DNA of 64,000 nucleotides from Giardia intestinalis (Eukaryota): NCBI GenBank assembly GCA_000002435.2, contig CM018789.1; one strand, 5' to 3'. Shown piece by piece: positions 58,544 to 64,000 of this stretch (position 1 is its first letter; each line of letters starts with the position of its first letter). The notes under the pieces were generated by a model. It saw only the letters and a program-made list of their open reading frames with translations, ran no database searches and was not told where the DNA came from. The position numbers and the translations under genes were made by a program.

Positions 58544-60601
58544 TTATTTTGAGGACTGCTTAGAAAGAATAGAAAGTACTTCTCTATAGCCTTTCCTCCT
58601 GGCTATGTCTGAGGCTGTTGATTCAGATGGATAGGCCTGATCGTCATCTTCCCAATAGACATTATGAGTAGTTTTTATGTCCCCTTCTTTGCTTGCAAGA
58701 AGTCTCACGCATTCTAGATTGTTATTGCACGTTGCTCTCATAAGAGCGGTTATGCCATTCTTATCTTTCATACAGGCCTCCTTTTTCAGTAAGAGTTTAA
58801 CTGAATTCTGGTTGTTAGATTGAGCTGCATACATGAGGGCAGTACGATCCTCGCTGTTTTGTGCCCCTTCTTCCACGTTCATTAAAAGCCCTACAAGCTC
58901 AGTGTGGTTAGTGAGTGCAGCGTACATAAGAGCAGTCCAACCAGTGTTGTCTTTCATGCCTCCCTCATGCTCCATGAGTAGCTTTACAGCATCGGTATGT
59001 CCATATATTGTTGCGCCCATAAGCGCTGTTCGATTGCATAATGTATACCCATTGATATAGGCTTTCCCTGGAGCCTGACATCTTTTCTGAAGAGGAATCA
59101 AGAGCTTTACGACCTCCACATCCCCTCTATCTGCGGCCCGCATGAGTGCCGTGACTCCATCCTTGTCAGTTGGATCTATGAGCTCCACAATATCCTTATG
59201 TCCCATTCTCGCTGCAAGTGTCAACGCTGTATCTCCGTCTTTATTCATCTTATTTCTGTTATTGTCGATATACTTCTTAGCCGCTCTCGCATCTCCGACA
59301 ACCACAGCATGCATAAGCGGGGTCCAAGAGGAATCACACATGGGAATGAGGTTATTTAGCCTAAAACCCCGAGAAACCTGCATCCTGAGTTCTTCCGTGG
59401 CTTTAGAGAACTGTTGCTGTTGCTGCTGACTATTCTTTTGAAGTGCCTGCAGCTGGGAAATGCAACCCTTACACTGGGTTTCAAGGCCATCAATTCTGCT
59501 TGATCTGGCCCTAACCTCTTTTTGGAGGGAAATTATGTCAGCTGACTGCTTCTCGATAATGCTCTTTAGAGAGCTAATTTCAGTAGATTTGCTGTTGAGC
59601 TTCTCCTTGAGAGAAGTCAGCTCTGCTCTGTGGTTCTCGTTGGAACTATCAAGTGTCTGCTTGAGGATCTCACACTCACGCTGAAGAGATACCACCTGTG
59701 TCCTGAGCTCTTTACTGATCAGTAGTTCTATTAGCGTTTGATCTCTCGCCAGACTAACGAGCTCCTTGGCAGACAGACGGGCCTCGGGATCTAGAACAAG
59801 GATATATCTGAGGAGTTCCCTAAGGAGAGGACTCTGGACAGAGGTTAGATTCGGCTTCCAGTCATTTGTGAATGCTGATTGTGAATCGTCACTATTTGCA
59901 AAGCTTGGTCTGCTCAATGTGGCAAGCTCATAGATGATGCAGCCAAGAGCCCAAACGTCTGACGCAGGACTGTGTTTGCTATAAATAACTTCTTCTGGAG
60001 CAGAATAGGAAAAGATACTTGCACTGACCCCATTTTGTAAGAGCTCTCTGGGAAGCCCGTAGTCTGTGAGGACAAAGTGCTTGCCATTATCACTAGCAAG
60101 GATACTGGTAGGTGTGAGACCTCCGTGGATGATGACTGGGAGGGGCTTTCCGTTGGCAGCTATCTTCCCCGAGTCGTAGAGGTATGCAAGACCAGAGGCT
60201 ACTTGCTCAAGTATGAGAAAAATGTCTTGTTCGGAGACAGGCTGCCTCGCTCTTTTATGCCTATTGATCATGCTCTCAATGGTTTCCCTGTAGCAATCTA
60301 CAACAACGTAGATGAACTCTCCATCGCAGAGTACCTGGTAACACCTGAGGACATGTGGGTGGGAAAGCCTGGTATGAACAAGCAGGTTGCATTGTATATC
60401 CTTTATAATGTCCTCTGTGAAACTATCAAGTTGAATCTCTCTGACAGCTAAGGCTGGGTATCCCTCAAGAGCATAAAGGATTCCGGATGCCCCCCTTCCA
60501 AGTATTTCGCTTAGACAATGCAGAAGGCTTTCAAGCGTAAACTTAGGAATCGAACAGGTATCTTTGGCAGTGGATAGCATGCAGCTGGATGCAGAGGCCA
60601 T
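58544..60601 (-). CDS. NEK-family protein kinase with C-terminal ankyrin repeats; catalytic motifs degenerate (probable pseudokinase)
   Basis: Kinase fold with GRGASGILY (glycine loop) and a C-terminal coiled coil plus at least 6 ankyrin repeats (TALMRAA, TALMYAA). VAIK is replaced by AVRE, HRD by HGG (VIIHGGLTPTSIL) and DFG by DYG. The track start 60643 is TTG, so ATG 60601 (MASASS...) after CAATAAAAACCCAC was used. Confidence 0.8.
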   Translation of the reverse strand: MASASSCMLSTAKDTCSIPKFTLESLLHCLSEILGRGASGILYALEGYPALAVREIQLDSFTEDIIKDIQCNLLVHTRLSHPHVLRCYQVLCDGEFIYVVVDCYRETIESMINRHKRARQPVSEQDIFLILEQVASGLAYLYDSGKIAANGKPLPVIIHGGLTPTSILASDNGKHFVLTDYGLPRELLQNGVSASIFSYSAPEEVIYSKHSPASDVWALGCIIYELATLSRPSFANSDDSQSAFTNDWKPNLTSVQSPLLRELLRYILVLDPEARLSAKELVSLARDQTLIELLISKELRTQVVSLQRECEILKQTLDSSNENHRAELTSLKEKLNSKSTEISSLKSIIEKQSADIISLQKEVRARSSRIDGLETQCKGCISQLQALQKNSQQQQQQFSKATEELRMQVSRGFRLNNLIPMCDSSWTPLMHAVVVGDARAAKKYIDNNRNKMNKDGDTALTLAARMGHKDIVELIDPTDKDGVTALMRAADRGDVEVVKLLIPLQKRCQAPGKAYINGYTLCNRTALMGATIYGHTDAVKLLMEHEGGMKDNTGWTALMYAALTNHTELVGLLMNVEEGAQNSEDRTALMYAAQSNNQNSVKLLLKKEACMKDKNGITALMRATCNNNLECVRLLASKEGDIKTTHNVYWEDDDQAYPSESTASDIARRKGYREVLSILSKQSSK

Positions 60602-61127
60602 GTGGGTTTTTATTGACTGTGAATTATAGATCCGATTGGGCAATCAATTGAGTTCACCATAGAATTTCAAAGGAATGATGTGTAGTAATGTAAGTCTCAG
60701 TCCATCTAACTAGGAGATATTCCGTATCTGACGATAGAGGGATCTGTTGCAATTGGCGCAACTGATGCCAATCAGCCCTCTCACACGGATCGGATATGTT
60801 TTATCATACTGTAAATCTGACTATATGTCCACTTAGAATCCATATTAATACTCCTAGGCTCGTCATTGTTCAAGAATAAATATGACACTGTAATAGACAG
60901 TTGCACTCAGAATAATCTTCTTGCAGACTGGGACACAGATCAGTTGTTCTCTTCAAGGCTATATTGAACCAAAACCATCTATAGGCTTTATATGCTGATG
61001 ATTCACTCCACTCACTGGTTGTTTCCGGTGCTTTGCTGATGGGACCCTCGTCTGGGTGTGGTCCAGAGGTCTCACGAGTGACCCTCGCTCAATTCCTGGC
61101 CAGTCCGGAGACAAAGGTCGACTTTGG

Positions 61128-61404
61128 ATAATATAACGAGAGAGTCCTCTCCAATGATATGTCCAGAGCCTGGTGCGCTCCTCGGTCGTTCCACAAGCGT
61201 GTGCTCAGACCGAATGCGTACATCGGTCCTTTAGGGGTTCAGCTTACTTACCCATCTGCGTCGTCCACCAGTGGCGCCTCTCCTTGGTCTTCCTTCACGG
61301 TGGGTGAAGCTCTGGTCGCCGTCTTTTTTAGATGCTCCCGTCTGACTCGGTGATTGCTGTCGGGGCTCTCCACTGGCCGCCCCTCGGTGTCCATCCGGCT
61401 GTGG
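61128..61404. repeat. left arm of long inverted repeat (277-bp near-identical core)
   Basis: 61128-61404 is the reverse complement of 63269-63545, with about 4 mismatches in the outer 35 bp and otherwise identical by eye. Diverged homology of about 75-80% extends outward to about 61060 and inward to about 61600. Confidence 0.85.
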
Positions 61405-63268
61405 TTCTGGGCAGTGGTCCCACAGTCGCGGTTACCTGGGTCCCAGTGGGCCAGCTGGTGGGGAGGCTGGGGTTGCTGGGGCGGTGAGGCCGGAGGGGAC
61501 TGGTGGGACCGGGGGCGGTGTTCATATGTGCCCCTGGGTCTGGTGGGCCATTGGGGTGGTGGGGTGATCGCAGCTGTGGTGACTGGGGGCTGTCCATCTG
61601 TGACTCACCCCTCTGTGTGCTCGTGGTCTGTGAGTGCCTCCACCCAGACAACACTCAGGAGCCGTGCACACCGGGACAGAGAGGGTGACCAAGGGGAGTC
61701 AAGCAGCCCTGCCATGAGAGTGCACAGCAACCAGCCTGAGCTGTAGAGTCTGCTCGAGCGATGGTAGTGGCAGACGACTCCCTCTGACAGCAACCCTGGT
61801 GACTGCACTGGTCTGCTCTCGAGGCTGAGTGACAGTGTGCACAGATGGACATGAGTGCAGGAGGACCATCCACACACGAACAGACTGTGTGGACCCAGAG
61901 AGGACTGGAGTCTGCTCGGGACACGCTGACTGTGCCCCGTACGAGAGTGTCAGGCAACCACCCGAGCACCCGAGAGGCAGCAACAGACACGGGCACTAGA
62001 GATCCCCAGCCAGACACATTGCTATGCCCATCCACAGGGGCATCAGAAGGCCAGGTGGGGTCACCCTCACAACCAGGACCTGATAGGAAGCCAGAGGACT
62101 CAAACACTACAGCAGAGCAGGCCCAAGGGAGGCACACTCCAGGCAGGCGAGCAGTGGCAGAGCCTTGATAGCTGCCATCCACCCCCATGACACCTATAGC
62201 AGGCACCAGACTCACCGAAGGCTCCGCTGGCCTCCACCGATGACCCGAGGGGACAGCGACCAGAGGAGTGAGGAGACCTTCGGATGACACAAGAGGCCGG
62301 CTGTCCAGCAAGCGATGGAACACAGGTGACCTCTGAGCACCATAAGGCACAGAGCCAACCATCAGAGTGATGCCCGATCACAGAGACGACCACGAGCACC
62401 CTCCACCGCACTCTGAGGGGCTGTCAATCATCCCACTGCCTCTCATAGCAGACCTCCTTAAGGGCAGTGCAGTGGGGCCCAGCTCATGCAGGGAGGTGCA
62501 CACCCCTCAGTATAGGACACCCCGGCTCTCCCCGAGGGGTCATCAGAGCCACGAGGAGGTGTCAAGGTCCTGGTAGACCACACCGAGAACTCCCGAACAG
62601 GCACAGCAGGTGATGTTGGGTGATCCTCAGCGTGCTCCTCTCTGATGGTAGAGCATCCTGAGACCAAGGGGGCTCACCTCTGCCTATGAACAACACACAG
62701 CACTCCACAACGAGGATCCACCAGGAGCAGCACAGCTGACCACGGGGACAGTGCAGCCACCCGGTACCCCACCGTGCCAGTCTTCTGGGCCATCACACTA
62801 GAGGCCTGAGAGAACCCCATCCCATCCACAGGGTCATCCATGCCCCTGCTAGCCCGAGGTGAACTACCCCCGTCGAGGCACTGGACAGGGCATGCCAGGG
62901 GCCCAGCAGACCCGCACAGAGCAACAGGAGAGGCTACGATAGCCTGCCTCACCCTTCACGTACTAGTCAAACAGAGAGGTAGTACTGCCTGAGGCATGCA
63001 GAGGCCAAGGGAGGCGCTCAGTCAGGGGGACACGACACGATCGTCGGTGTCTGTGTCTCGGGAGTGCAACGAAGGCTGGGGATCAGACACAACCACCTTG
63101 GCAAACAGAGCGGGGATCACCCACCACCCCAATGGCCCATCAGACCCAGGGGCACATACAGACATCACTCCCAGTCCCCTCCAGCCCTCACCGCCCCATA
63201 CCCCGCCTCACCCATCATCCGAACCCGCTGGGACCCAAGCGACCGCGACTGTAGAGCACTGACTCGAG

Positions 63269-63545
63269 CCACAGCCGGATGGACACCGAGGGGCGGCCAG
63301 TGGAGAGCCCCGACAGCAATCACCGAGTCAGACGGGAGCATCTAAAAAAGACGGCGACCAGAGCTTCACCCACCGTGAAGGAAGACCAAGGAGAGGCGCC
63401 ACTGGTGGACGACGCAGATGGGTAAGTAAGCTGAACCCCTAAAGGACCGATGTACGCATTCGGTCTGAGCACACGCTTGTGGAACGACCGAGGAGCGCAC
63501 CAGGCTCTGGATGTATCACTGGAGAGGATTCTCTCGTTATATTAT
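63269..63545. repeat. right arm of long inverted repeat (277-bp core)
   Basis: Reverse complement of 61128-61404. Diverged extension inward to about 63090 and outward to about 63610. Confidence 0.85.
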
Positions 63546-63663
63546 TCACAACCAGCCATCGTCTCTGGACTGGTCAGGAAGGAGCGATGATTACCCACAC
63601 GATCTCTGGACCGCGCTCAGATAGCCCCAGCAGCACATCTACATAGGCTACATAAAGTAACGC

Positions 63664-63670
63664 GTTTACT
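63664..63670 (-). terminator. polyadenylation signal AGTAAAC 8-16 nt after VSP stop
   Basis: Reverse complement of gtttact at 63664-63670. Confidence 0.6.
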
Positions 63671-63677
63671 ACCTAAG

Positions 63678-64000
63678 TTACGCCTTCCCTCTACATATGA
63701 ACCACCAACACAAGAAGCCTATGAGACCACCTACAACAACAATCACAGCAACGGAGATCCCTGCTATGGCCCCTGTGGAGAGGCCACTCTTGTTTGTACT
63801 ACCACCGGTGTTATCATCACCACCACTAGTGCCGTCTGTTTTGACATAGCAAGTAACAGAGCCACTACCACCAGCCGGAGGAGCGCAGCTTATGCAATTA
63901 GGCACACCAACTATTCCGTTGGCACTAGCATCACACTTCACGCAGCTACTTCCGGACTTATAGTATCCGGGGAGGCATTCTGAGCATGCTTTGGGACTAC
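63678..64000 (-). CDS. variant-specific surface protein (VSP), 3' portion only (gene continues beyond window end)
   Basis: Minus-strand frame is open to the window edge. CxxC-rich ectodomain (CISCAPP, CTQC-like spacing), TM helix [25 protein letters not shown] and the invariant cytoplasmic tail CRGKA, then stop (TAA at 63678-63680). Confidence 0.85.
   Translation of the reverse strand, partial: SPKACSECLPGYYKSGSSCVKCDASANGIVGVPNCISCAPPAGGSGSVTCYVKTDGTSGGDDNTGGSTNKSGLSTGAIAGISVAVIVVVGGLIGFLCWWFICRGKA

Noticed and set aside
61328-61654. Proline-rich ORFs sharing the C-terminus ...AGWTPRGGQWRAPTAITESDGSI (61328..61654 minus strand; 63064..63345 plus strand)
   Set aside because: These are the same inverted-repeat DNA read in the equivalent frame. 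They are low-complexity, have no start context, and overlap other ORFs in all frames, so they are translation artefacts of the repeat rather than paralogous genes.
1-64000. Prokaryotic-style defence island, operon or CRISPR array
   Set aside because: The sequence is eukaryotic (Giardia). Genes are monocistronic on both strands with eukaryotic families (eIF4A, SRP54, cyclin, BEACH). No direct-repeat/spacer arrays are present.

Overview
This window is eukaryotic nuclear DNA, almost certainly from Giardia intestinalis (lamblia/duodenalis). Four observations support that. (1) The last ORF on the minus strand (63678..>64000) ends in the VSP tail ...CRGKA-stop, and an AGTAAAC polyadenylation signal lies about 10 nt after the stop. 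(2) AGTRAAY signals sit at or just after the stop codons of other genes, including eIF4A and SRP54. (3) AT-rich initiator regions abut the ATGs, genes are intronless and intergenic spacers are very short. (4) Giardia-type ankyrin 'protein 21.1' and NEK-ankyrin kinase genes are present. The region 1..52.3 kb is a compact core-genome stretch of about 26 single-exon genes. Those with a recognisable product are a ribokinase, a glucosamine-6-phosphate deaminase, a 4207-aa BEACH-WD40-FYVE giant, a cyclin, an LRR protein, a dynein-IC-like WD40 protein, eIF4A, a PIAS-type SP-RING protein, SRP54 and a lipase-like hydrolase; there are also several long coiled-coil proteins. From about 52.3 kb to the end the character changes to an accessory, subtelomere-like landscape. 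It holds a truncated VSP pseudogene with an in-frame stop, very GC-rich non-coding blocks, an ankyrin 21.1 gene and a 5'-truncated R2-like non-LTR reverse-transcriptase remnant. It also holds a BPI/LBP-like secreted protein gene and a NEK-ankyrin pseudokinase flanked by AT-rich spacers. Finally there is a roughly 2.5 kb GC-rich non-coding structure built from long inverted repeats (277-bp near-identical cores, diverged extensions, symmetric G-runs) around a T-depleted 1.9 kb spacer, followed by the 3' end of a VSP gene. No prokaryotic operons, defence systems, CRISPR arrays or rRNA/tRNA genes could be supported. The most unusual, possibly undescribed, element is the inverted-repeat structure at 61.06..63.61 kb. 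The supplied ORF track uses non-ATG (TTG/GTG) starts for several ORFs; where I checked the codon I re-set the start to the first ATG next to an AT-rich initiator.
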